A stretch of DNA of 32,000 nucleotides. Origin: Halomicronema hongdechloris C2206 (GTDB lineage: Bacteria; Cyanobacteriota; Cyanobacteriia; Phormidesmidales; Phormidesmidaceae). A program made the translations under genes and the position numbers. Of the stretch, positions 1 to 7,302 are shown piece after piece (positions within the stretch are counted from its first letter, which is position 1; every line of letters starts with the position of its first letter). Location of the stretch: positions 4,560,001 through 4,592,000 of the forward strand of contig NZ_CP021983.2 of the NCBI RefSeq assembly GCF_002075285.3, in the 5' to 3' direction. Under the pieces are notes generated by a model. It was not told the DNA's origin and did not search any database. It was given only the letters and a program-made list of their open reading frames with translations.

Positions 1-155
1 CTCAATATCCGGTAGCCGTTTCTAGGCATTACTAGTCATGTCATCCTAGAATTTTGTGGCCACAACGCTACCCTGCCCATTCCCTAGTCCTCCCTAGCTC
101 CCCAGTCCCTTGCAATCGTCCTCACCCTTTCGCTGCAATCTACTCGGTAAGCGCC

Positions 156-2186
156 ATGGCTAACGTACCCGATCCTGCCGTCGAGCTGATTAAAACCTTT
201 GAGGGATTTAGCCGCAATGCTTATCCAGATCCCCGCACTGGCGGCAAACCCTACACCATTGGCTGGGGCAGCACCCGCAAGAAAGATGGCAGTCCCTTCG
301 AATTAGGCGACACCATTACCCCAGACCAAGCCGAAGAGCTGTTGCGGTGGCAGCTAGAAAATGAATTTTTACCTCCCCTAGAAAAGATTCCCACCTGGCC
401 TACCATGAACCAGAGGCAACGGGGGGCCATTCTCAGCTTTGCCTATAACCTAGGGGCCCATTTCTATGGGGGCAATAACTTTGCCACGATCACAGAGGTT
501 CTGAAAACCGGCAACTGGAGCAAGATTGAATCAGCCCTGGTGCTTTACCGCAATCCAGGCACTAACGTCGAGGCCGGACTGCTACGGCGACGACTCACCG
601 AGGCCCAAGTCTTTCTAGAAGGAACCTCAGGCTTAAGTCTGAGCGCAGCCGGGAAGCGTTATCTGGCTGGGGGCCAGACCCCCCAAGAGTACTTCGAGGG
701 ACCTGCTAAAGACTATGAACCGGGGGAACGCACCCTGCTGCAATCCATGCCCTACCTGCGGGGCAAAGACGTCGTCGCCTTACAGGAGGCCTTGGTCAAA
801 GCTGGTCACTCCATTAGTACAGACGGCATTTTCGGCCCAGCTACCAAACAGGCCGTAGAAGCCTTTCAAGCCGCCAACGGCCTGACGGTAGATGGCATCG
901 TCGGGGACAACACTTGGTCTGCCTTGATGGACCCCGCGGCCAACTTTACCCTGCGAATTGGCCAAGATACTCTACTGAAACTGCGCCCCGAAGACGTGAC
1001 CGAACTCTCCGAGGCCGAGGTTCACGCCGTCAGCAAAGGCAGCACCTATCCCCTGCACTCCTATGCCTATGCCGACCCTACTCAGGGCGATTTTAATGGC
1101 CATATCAAGGTCGCCTTTCAAGGCACAAACGTTAAGGGATTCAACACTTGGTTTGTCTACGGCGGTCACATTCAAGTCGAGAAAGACGGGGAAGTCGTCT
1201 ATCCTTGGGAAGAACAACAAGCCGAGTTCATTCTCAAGATCTATCGCGATACCCTATTCAAACGTCGTCCGATTCAATCGAGCCAGCTGCCAGCCACCCA
1301 GAAACACTCAGTGGCGCAAGGCAGCCAATTTGTGCTGCATTCCTATGCCTTTCAAGACGCCCATGGCGATTTCAGCAGCCACATCAAGATCGCCCTGAAA
1401 TACGAGAAAGATTTTATCAACGATCTGAGCCAGTGGTTTGTCTATGACCAGCACGCCATGGTGGAATTTGATGGACAAATTGTCTACCCGCATCTACCAC
1501 GGTTGCAAGTCACCCAAGACACCATTCTGAAACGCCGACCCCTACAGTCGTCTCAGCTACCCGATAACGAGAAATACATGATTGCCAAAGGCACCAGCTT
1601 GATCCTGCACTCCTGGGCCTACCGAGATCAGCAGGGAGATTTTAACCGCCACATCAAGTTCGCCATTAAGTACGAGCAGGACTTTATCCAGAAGTTCAGT
1701 ACCTGGTACGTCTACGACCAACATGCCCAGGTCCTCCTAGGAGATAAGGTCGTCTATCCCCCCGCCTTTCAGGGCAAAGCTTTCAAACTGCCTGGCAATA
1801 CCAGTACCTTCTATACCGGCCAGCCTATCTTGCCCAAGGGAGACTTTACCTGGGGAGAGGCGACTAAGGAGGGAACCCGGATCCCCCCGACGGCTGACAT
1901 CGTTAAAAACATCTTGGCGCTAGCCAAGCACCTGCAGCAAGCACGCGATCGCATCGGCAGTCCTTTCATCATCAACTCCTGGTATCGCACCCCAGAGGCC
2001 AACAGGGCCGCCGGCGGCCATCCCCGCAGCCTACACTTACAGGGGCAGGCCGTAGACATGGATGTACCGGGCTACAGCCCACGACAGGTAGCCAATGCCC
2101 TAATCAATACCTGGCCAGGGGGCATCTTAATCTACAGCACCCATGTTCACTTAGATACGGGCCGACGACAGGTGGTTTATATGTAA
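156..2186 (+). CDS. Multidomain peptidoglycan hydrolase: phage-type (GH24-like) lysozyme, PG_binding_1 domain, three tandem ~90-aa repeats, and a C-terminal peptidase M15-like zinc peptidase domain
   Basis: Track ORF 54..2186. ELIKTFEGF..YPD..YTIGWGS is a lysozyme signature. LRGKDVVALQEAL..DGIFGPATKQAVEAFQ..GLTVDGIVG matches the PG-binding repeat. SLHLQGQAVDMD...THVHLD matches the His/Asp/His zinc triad of M15 peptidases. I moved the start to ATG 156 (MANVPDP) because the track start at 54 is TTG and the first 34 residues carry no domain signal. Confidence 0.85.
   Translation: MANVPDPAVELIKTFEGFSRNAYPDPRTGGKPYTIGWGSTRKKDGSPFELGDTITPDQAEELLRWQLENEFLPPLEKIPTWPTMNQRQRGAILSFAYNLGAHFYGGNNFATITEVLKTGNWSKIESALVLYRNPGTNVEAGLLRRRLTEAQVFLEGTSGLSLSAAGKRYLAGGQTPQEYFEGPAKDYEPGERTLLQSMPYLRGKDVVALQEALVKAGHSISTDGIFGPATKQAVEAFQAANGLTVDGIVGDNTWSALMDPAANFTLRIGQDTLLKLRPEDVTELSEAEVHAVSKGSTYPLHSYAYADPTQGDFNGHIKVAFQGTNVKGFNTWFVYGGHIQVEKDGEVVYPWEEQQAEFILKIYRDTLFKRRPIQSSQLPATQKHSVAQGSQFVLHSYAFQDAHGDFSSHIKIALKYEKDFINDLSQWFVYDQHAMVEFDGQIVYPHLPRLQVTQDTILKRRPLQSSQLPDNEKYMIAKGTSLILHSWAYRDQQGDFNRHIKFAIKYEQDFIQKFSTWYVYDQHAQVLLGDKVVYPPAFQGKAFKLPGNTSTFYTGQPILPKGDFTWGEATKEGTRIPPTADIVKNILALAKHLQQARDRIGSPFIINSWYRTPEANRAAGGHPRSLHLQGQAVDMDVPGYSPRQVANALINTWPGGILIYSTHVHLDTGRRQVVYM
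951..1760 (+). repeat. Three in-frame tandem copies (about 92, 89 and 89 codons) of an uncharacterised module inside the hydrolase gene
   Basis: The units start near 951, 1227 and 1494. Shared columns are DT(L/I)(L/F)K(L/R)RP...KGS...LHS(Y/W)A(Y/F)...GDF..HIK.A......W(F/Y)VY..H..V.....VVYP. Confidence 0.8.
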
Positions 2187-2189
2187 AAA

Positions 2190-2211
2190 GGGCGTTGCCG
2201 CAGCAACGCCC
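2190..2211. terminator. Bidirectional stem-loop between the convergent hydrolase and hspA genes
   Basis: GGGCGTTGC-cgca-GCAACGCCC is a perfect 9-bp GC-rich stem. An A-run lies on the 5' side, which gives a U-tract for the minus-strand transcript. Confidence 0.6.
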
Positions 2212-2247
2212 AAGGTTCCTTAAAGTAGCCTATGGAGGCCCAGTTCC

Positions 2248-2700
2248 TTATGAGCTAGCTGGGTTTAACTGGACCTTCACCACTTTGTTGCGTTCTTCCT
2301 CCGCCTTAGGCAAGTGTAGGGTCAAGATACCGTCTTTGTACTCGGCGCTAGCATCGGCATTCTGAACCCGTGTCGGCAGAGGAATCGTCCGCTGGAACTT
2401 ACCGTAGTGAAATTCGCTGCGGACATAGCCATCCTCGTCAGTGCGTGACTCAGACTTGCGCTCACCACTTATAACGACGGCATCCGCTGCCACTTGCACA
2501 TCGACATCTTCCGGCTTCATGCCAGGGAGTTCCAGCTTCAAGTCAACAGCATCGTCTGTTTCGTTGATCTCAGCTGCCGGTGCAAAAACACCATCGGTCA
2601 GCCGACCATAACGCTCAGGAGAAAAGCTGTCGAACAGTCGATTCATCTCTTTTTGCAGGTTATCAAGTTCGCGGAACGGTTCCCAACGTACCAGTGCCAT
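2248..2700 (-). CDS. hspA: Small heat-shock protein, Hsp20/alpha-crystallin family
   Basis: 150 aa. It begins MALVRWEPFRELDNLQKEMNRLFD and contains the alpha-crystallin core (DLKLELPGMKPEDVDVQV...GERK...F.R...LP..V....A.Y.DGIL.L.LPK). A GAGGAGG Shine-Dalgarno sequence precedes the ATG. Confidence 0.9.
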   Translation of the reverse strand: MALVRWEPFRELDNLQKEMNRLFDSFSPERYGRLTDGVFAPAAEINETDDAVDLKLELPGMKPEDVDVQVAADAVVISGERKSESRTDEDGYVRSEFHYGKFQRTIPLPTRVQNADASAEYKDGILTLHLPKAEEERNKVVKVQLNPASS

Positions 2701-3169
2701 ATTAGTATCGCCTCCTCGCGACTAACTAGTGACCAATCCTAAATCCTAGACAAGGATATAAGAGGTTCGTACTCTCCGGATTGAGTCATTGGCAATCAGG
2801 GAAGTTCTACCCTGTTTAGTTACAGTATAGAAACAGAAAGCAAACTATTAGAGGCGGTTTTTTGTACTTCTTTAGGCGGGGTTTACCGAACCAGTTTCTC
2901 ATGGATACAGACGGATACAGGCTATACCAATTCAACCCTCCGTGGTGGGGAGTTTAGTGGTGCTGGGAGGTGATGCAGTAGTCAGGTAGGGTGCACTGGT
3001 AAAATGGGACTAATCCTTACCCATCTTTCGCAATGCCTCCTGGCGATATCTGGCAACGAGCCATATCCCCGGGGTCAACGACTTGAGGCGTTGATGGAAC
3101 TCGCTAAGTTGAGAAATCTTGATCTATTGGCCTTAAATCAGCAGTTTTCCTCTCAATCCCATCCCTCCA

Positions 3170-3385
3170 ATGCCGCCTGAGTCTGACCGGGTTCCTCCCA
3201 GCCTCAGGCGCGAGGTGGCTGAGAGAGTTCAGCAGCTTTGTGAATACTGCCGTTGCCCCGGTAGGGGGGTCCTATGCTGCTTTCTCGATTCCACTGCGGT
3301 GACGGGCAAGATTGATGTGTGGGGCTGGCAAGCGACCGCCAGTGATGCCCCTGCCGCTATCCTGGAGGCCGCCTATGACAGCTAA
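3170..3385 (+). pseudogene. N-terminal remnant of an HNH endonuclease
   Basis: PPSLRREVAERVQQLCEYCRCP resembles the start of cyanobacterial HNH proteins (..R..V..RA...CEYC). The DH..P / N..L.C..CN core is missing and the rest of the ORF has no HNH character. Confidence 0.4.
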
Positions 3386-3489
3386 ATCTGGTTGCTAAAA
3401 TGCAGTAGCGATATCACTGGCATCCGAGATTCACCGTAGTCAGATAGCACACCGATGATGCCAACAGCCTGAGCGTCACAGGTTCATCA

Positions 3490-3705
3490 ATGCCAACCGT
3501 CCTAAAAATTGGCCCCTATCGCTTTTACTTCTTTTCTAGAGAAGAAAGCCGAGTCCACATCCATATTTCCTGTCCAGATGGCGAGGCCAAGTTTTGGCTA
3601 GAACCCGAAATCGAATTGGCCACCAATTACAAACTCTCAAGAGTGCAACTCAAGCAAATTGAAACGCTAGTTGAGGAACATTATGACGAGTTTAGAACGG
3701 CATGA
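3490..3705 (+). CDS. DUF4160 family protein
   Basis: 71 aa. MPTVLKIGPYRFYFFSREESRVHIHI...AKFWLEP is the typical DUF4160 N-terminus. Confidence 0.8.
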   Translation: MPTVLKIGPYRFYFFSREESRVHIHISCPDGEAKFWLEPEIELATNYKLSRVQLKQIETLVEEHYDEFRTA

Positions 3706-3967
3706 AACCGTTACTTCCAAAACCGAAGTTAGCAACATTTGCGTCAATGGGATCTGGCTGCTCTGCCATGACCATGAGTATTTTCTGCCATACGAAACCT
3801 TTCCGTGGTTTGAGAATGCCCCCGTCAAACATATTTTTAACTTAGAAGAACCCCACCCTGGCCATCTCTATTGGCCAGACCTCGATGTTGATCTTTCTCT
3901 GGAGACCATCCAACACCCAGAGCGCTTTCCCCTGATCGCCAATGCCCCCCTTTCCGAAGACACATAG
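3683..3967 (+). CDS. DUF2442 family protein
   Basis: Track ORF 3671..3967, and I prefer the in-frame ATG at 3683. It has the typical DUF2442 C-terminal pattern (..F.LPYE.FPWF..A....I.N.E......L.WPDLDVDLSLE.I). It overlaps the DUF4160 gene by about 23 nt, so the two form a coupled pair. Confidence 0.8.
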   Translation: MTSLERHETVTSKTEVSNICVNGIWLLCHDHEYFLPYETFPWFENAPVKHIFNLEEPHPGHLYWPDLDVDLSLETIQHPERFPLIANAPLSEDT

Positions 3968-4315
3968 CCAGAAACCAGCTCTGATCTCCACCACCTGATT
4001 TACCACTAAGTCAGGTAGGGTAAGCATTGTCTGAATCTGCCCTGGGTACTCTGGAAAAGGCCACTGGGCTAGTATCCTGTCCCCATCTATGGGCATTTTC
4101 GAGTTTCCACAAATGGGTTGAAGCCGGAAGTTACTCGGTAGATTGGGCTTGCTGTTGCGATGGGAAACAGCCCAAAATTCCAAATTTTACAGATTTGGTC
4201 GGAGCGGTTGGTGAATAAGCTATTGCTGCTGAAGAGATTGGTGGGCATTGGGTCTGGAATAGGGGGTGATGCCTGTCATTGAGTCACAATGCCCACACTA
4301 CACTTCTAAAATGCC

Positions 4316-4341
4316 GAAAAATTTGAACCGCCTGCGGCGGT
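4316..4341 (-). terminator. Rho-independent terminator of the caspase gene
   Basis: On the minus strand ACCGCC-gca-GGCGGT is followed by TCAAATTTTTCGGCATTTT. It lies about 55 nt downstream of the stop at 4396. Confidence 0.5.
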
Positions 4342-4395
4342 GGGGAAAGAGAAAAGACTGAAGTGGATAGTGCAAAAGTACTATAGAGAAAAGGG

Positions 4396-6369
4396 TTACG
4401 GTAGAGTCCTTGGGGGAGAACAGACAACGCGGAACCCGATGCTGCCGTACTGATTGTCCGGGTAGTACCTGAGGCGGCTAGCAGACCGGCAGTACCGAGG
4501 AAAGGCGCCCCAAGAACCACCCCGCAGCACCCGGCGGTCTTGATCGCCTCCCTTTAGCCAGGCAGAGCCATCCGTAGGGGCTCCTTCATAGCTACTGTGC
4601 CAGACATCCTGGCACCACTCCCAGACATTGCCATGCATGTCGTAGAGGCCGAAGGCGTTGGGGGGAAAGCGGCCGACCTCGGTGGTCTTTTGGCGATAGG
4701 TGCCTTTGGGGCCGGAGCCATAGGTATAGTTGCCGTTATAATTCGCCAGGTCCGGCGTGATCGTCTCACCAAAATGAAATGGGGTGGTGGTGCCAGCCCG
4801 GCAGGCATATTCCCACTCGGCTTCACTGGGCAGGCGGTAGGTGCGGCCCGTCTGCTCCGACAGCTTCTGACAGAAGGCCACGGCGTCTTCCCAGGACACC
4901 TTCTCCACCGGGCGATTCTCACCCTTGAACTTGCTGGGATTTTTGCCCGTGACGGCTTGATATTGCGCCTGCGTCACCGGAAACTTGCCCATCCAAAACT
5001 CAGGCACTTGCACTCGATGTTGAGGTCCTTCGTCGTCACTTCGACCTTCCTCATCTGCGGGCGCTCCCATCAAAAATTCGCCAGCGGGAATGGACACCAG
5101 TTCCAGGGTGATGCCGCTGCCCAGATCTTCGCTGCGATATTCAGCCTTTCCCTGGCGGCGCTCGGTGATGTTGCCCTGGGCATCCACCGTCACCGTCTCA
5201 AACTCGAAGGTGGGGGCTTCATTTTTTGAGGGGGCCGGAGGAGCAGGTGATGTCGCTGGTTGCAATGGCTGAGGTCCTCGTAAGAGAGCTTCAACCACAG
5301 GAAACTCTTTGTCTACCTGCTTAATCACCGGCTGCAAGTCCTCATCCCGCAGGTTTAGCGATGTCTGAAGCCGTTTCAGCACCCTGATGGCTGGCTCATC
5401 CAGGGGAAACGTCATCTCAATTTCTTCCCGCAGAGCAGCTTCGTATTCGGCTAAGTTCGCTGCCTTTTCTTGGAAGGGTCTTAGCACTGAGGCTTCGATG
5501 GTTGCAGCCGCGTCAGCGCTGAGGTTTAGGACTTGCCGTTTTTGTTTTAGGACTCGGCGGCCAGCCCCAAAAATCTTGCCCCCGCGAACGACCGACTGCA
5601 CCTCTTTGCGGTAAAGTTGCTCGGCGTCAATCACCGCCTTGGCCACGAGGATATCGCGGCCCTGCTTGGCGTTGAAAATCACCGGTTCCATGGCTGGGGC
5701 GGCGGCGCGGACGCTGGCGCGCACATAGTCATGCCAATCACCCACGGAAATAGCTGCTTTGGCTTCCGGGGCGGCCCCCCCGGTTTTGAGCCCTTCTACC
5801 AAATAGCGGGTGTAGACCGAGAGGGGTTCTCCTTCTTGTTCCAGGGCATAGCGGGTAGAGGTGGAGGCCGCCAACACACACCAGCCCTTGCCGCCCAACT
5901 GGGTTTCGACATCGATGCGGCTGTCATCCATGCCCAGAAAGCCCTCGGCGAAGGCGGCCCCAAAGCAACAGTCCAGAATCACGACTTTGCGCTGGGCTAC
6001 GGAGTTATTGATGACTCGTTTGATAAACTCGGCTTCCAGGGCGGTCCCGGCATTGATGCGGCCATTCTCGAAGAGCTGAGAGTCGGCCGTGGTGAGATAA
6101 AACTCTCCCGACATGTCTTTGATGCCATGGCCAGTGAAATAGAGCAACCCTAAATCCGGCTGGGAGAGCTGGTTGAAGACTTCGGCAATGCGACGACGGG
6201 CCGTGCCCACATCGGGGTTGCGCAGCGGTATCACCTGATCGAAACCGCCGATATGGTTATCCTCCAGGACCTGCCTCAGGGCCTCGACACCATTGATGGG
6301 GCAGTTGAGAGGGGGTAAACCTTTGCCGTATTTCCCTACCCCGATCAATAGTGCGATTTTGCGTCCCAT
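4396..6369 (-). CDS. Caspase-family (peptidase C14, orthocaspase) protein fused to a C-terminal FGE-sulfatase (SUMF1-like) domain
   Basis: 657 aa. The N-terminal caspase fold has YFTGHG (His81) and VILDCCFG (Cys134/135). A helical linker covers about residues 240-380. The C-terminal domain has WMGKFPVTQAQY...WEDAVAFCQKLS...YRLPSEAEWEYACRAG...GLYDMHGNVWEWCQD...RVLRGGSW, the FGE-sulfatase signature. Confidence 0.9.
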   Translation of the reverse strand: MGRKIALLIGVGKYGKGLPPLNCPINGVEALRQVLEDNHIGGFDQVIPLRNPDVGTARRRIAEVFNQLSQPDLGLLYFTGHGIKDMSGEFYLTTADSQLFENGRINAGTALEAEFIKRVINNSVAQRKVVILDCCFGAAFAEGFLGMDDSRIDVETQLGGKGWCVLAASTSTRYALEQEGEPLSVYTRYLVEGLKTGGAAPEAKAAISVGDWHDYVRASVRAAAPAMEPVIFNAKQGRDILVAKAVIDAEQLYRKEVQSVVRGGKIFGAGRRVLKQKRQVLNLSADAAATIEASVLRPFQEKAANLAEYEAALREEIEMTFPLDEPAIRVLKRLQTSLNLRDEDLQPVIKQVDKEFPVVEALLRGPQPLQPATSPAPPAPSKNEAPTFEFETVTVDAQGNITERRQGKAEYRSEDLGSGITLELVSIPAGEFLMGAPADEEGRSDDEGPQHRVQVPEFWMGKFPVTQAQYQAVTGKNPSKFKGENRPVEKVSWEDAVAFCQKLSEQTGRTYRLPSEAEWEYACRAGTTTPFHFGETITPDLANYNGNYTYGSGPKGTYRQKTTEVGRFPPNAFGLYDMHGNVWEWCQDVWHSSYEGAPTDGSAWLKGGDQDRRVLRGGSWGAFPRYCRSASRLRYYPDNQYGSIGFRVVCSPPRTLP

Positions 6370-6379
6370 GCCTGCTGCG

Positions 6380-6581
6380 CTAGTCTTTGGTGAGTTCTTT
6401 GGCCGCTGCCACTAGTGTATCCAGAGTATTGTCGAGATCTTCCGGACAGAGGCTTTTAACCTGGCTTGATGACCTCAATGGCCGTCTCTAGCAGATCAAC
6501 CTTGAAGCCCCAGGCAATAATGCCTATGACTGGGCTGCAATGCCCACCTACACGACTTCTAGCCGCAAGGGCAGGACTCAT
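6380..6581 (-). pseudogene. Decayed EACC1-like gene: a middle segment plus the C-terminal ~27 codons, in two different frames
   Basis: Minus-strand translation gives ...QVKSLCPEDLDNTLDTLVAAAKELTKD* (stop at 6380-6382). This parallels ISVKNLRPADLDATLDKLVAAAQDLANDSP at the end of the 9424..9819 product. A shifted frame gives SRVGGHCSPVIGIIAWGFKVDLLETAIEVIKPG, which parallels NRVADPQVPAGGMGVAAWLWSILTAEITIEGIKALG. About 24 codons between the two segments are missing, as is the N-terminal part. Over 65 nt, 6386..6450 versus 9445..9509, I count 50 identical positions. Confidence 0.55.
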
Positions 6582-6641
6582 GCACTGTCGCCCGCCTGAA
6601 ATGATAGCTATCATCCTAGGAGACGGGTTACGAAATCAACT

Positions 6642-6857
6642 ATGGTAGATGACTCAAAGGTTCAGTACATTTCTGACGAACAGGGTGAGGTGACCGGGGT
6701 TATCTTACCGATTCAGCTTTGGCAAAGCATTCTTGGCGAGCTTGAAACCCAACATCTGTTAAAGAGTGACACGATGCGGCAGCGCCTACTAGACGCTAAA
6801 CAGCGATCAGAGGGAATAGCCTTTGAAACCGCGTTGACTCAGCTAGGTCTGGAATGA
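6642..6857 (+). CDS. Type II antitoxin, short Phd/YefM-like partner of YoeB
   Basis: 71 aa. The C-terminal half, ELETQHLLKSDTMRQRLLDAKQRSEG, parallels E. coli YefM [27 protein letters not shown]. Its stop overlaps the toxin start (ATGA at 6854-6857). Confidence 0.7.
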   Translation: MVDDSKVQYISDEQGEVTGVILPIQLWQSILGELETQHLLKSDTMRQRLLDAKQRSEGIAFETALTQLGLE

Positions 6858-7156
6858 AGCCTATTGAGTTTGACCCGAATGCCTTCGAAGACCTAGCTTG
6901 GTGGATTCAGCAAGATCGTAAAATCGCTCTTCGTATTATTAAATTGATTAGAGAGATTCAGCGCACGCCATTTATAGGCACTGGAAAACCAGAACCTCTG
7001 AAACATGAGTTAAAAGGATGCTGGTCTCGACGTATTACCCAAGAACATCGCCTTGTCTATGAAGTAGGCAAAGAGCATACAGCATTTCCTTACTGGGTGA
7101 GGTACAGCCTATCTCCTGATATCAAGGGTTTCATAGTCATCCGTGTACCTCACTAG
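6854..7156 (+). CDS. yoeB: Txe/YoeB family toxin with an atypical C-terminus
   Basis: DLAWWIQQDRKIALRIIKLIREIQRTPFIGTGKPEPLKHELKGCWSRRITQEHRLVYEV is collinear with E. coli YoeB up to ..EHRLVY.V. After about nt 7066 the sequence diverges, runs about 16 residues long, and has no ..CRYHY end. Confidence 0.75.
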   Translation: MKPIEFDPNAFEDLAWWIQQDRKIALRIIKLIREIQRTPFIGTGKPEPLKHELKGCWSRRITQEHRLVYEVGKEHTAFPYWVRYSLSPDIKGFIVIRVPH

Positions 7157-7302
7157 CTTCAAAAACGCTGTATTCGCATCTTGGAATGCCTACCCTACGT
7201 TGTCTTCAAAGCGCAGTAATTAGAGCGACAATATTAGTAAGATCGCTGGCACTATATTTTCACGGTTAACTGCCCTGAGTCAGCCTTACCGCCTGCTAAG
7301 TT

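Noticed and set aside
54-155. TTG-initiated N-terminal extension (34 residues) of the hydrolase ORF as given in the track
   Set aside because: The extension has no domain content. The lysozyme domain begins right after the ATG at 156, and the extension is Pro/Ser-rich non-coding-looking sequence.
156-2186. Prophage endolysin interpretation of the lysozyme-M15 gene
   Set aside because: No holin, spanin, integrase, terminase or structural genes are visible on the downstream side; the gene is immediately followed by hspA. The upstream side is outside the window, so this is rejected only provisionally.
3005-3181. A 58-codon ATG ORF (MGLILTHLSQCLLAISGNEPYPRGQRLEALMELAKLRNLDLLALNQQF..) upstream of the HNH remnant
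   Set aside because: It is below the track threshold, I recognise no family, there is no clear ribosome-binding site, and it lies in a region of evident gene decay.
2980-4021. A 13-mer AGTCAGGTAGGGT at 2980..2992 and 4009..4021 flanks the HNH-remnant/DUF4160/DUF2442 block. A 12-mer CCACTAAGTCAG at 4003..4014 and 9911..9922 brackets the rest of the island. Both could be att or target-site duplications.
   Set aside because: In 32 kb, roughly 8 chance 13-mer pairs and about 30 chance 12-mer pairs are expected (N^2/2 divided by 4^k). The matches are therefore not significant by themselves, and the 9911 copy lies inside a reading frame. They are worth re-examining only if comparative genomics puts island boundaries at these points.
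4597-6153. Long plus-strand ORFs (4597..5229, 5617..6153 and others) antisense to the caspase gene. Similar cases lie antisense to dnaK (26598..27257, 27389..27997), the P450 (15732..16103), the AKR (14118..14489) and the ImmA gene (7456..7962).
   Set aside because: The opposite strand carries strong, full-length family signatures. The antisense ORFs have Arg/Gly/Ala-rich, low-information sequence typical of shadow ORFs in GC-rich coding DNA.
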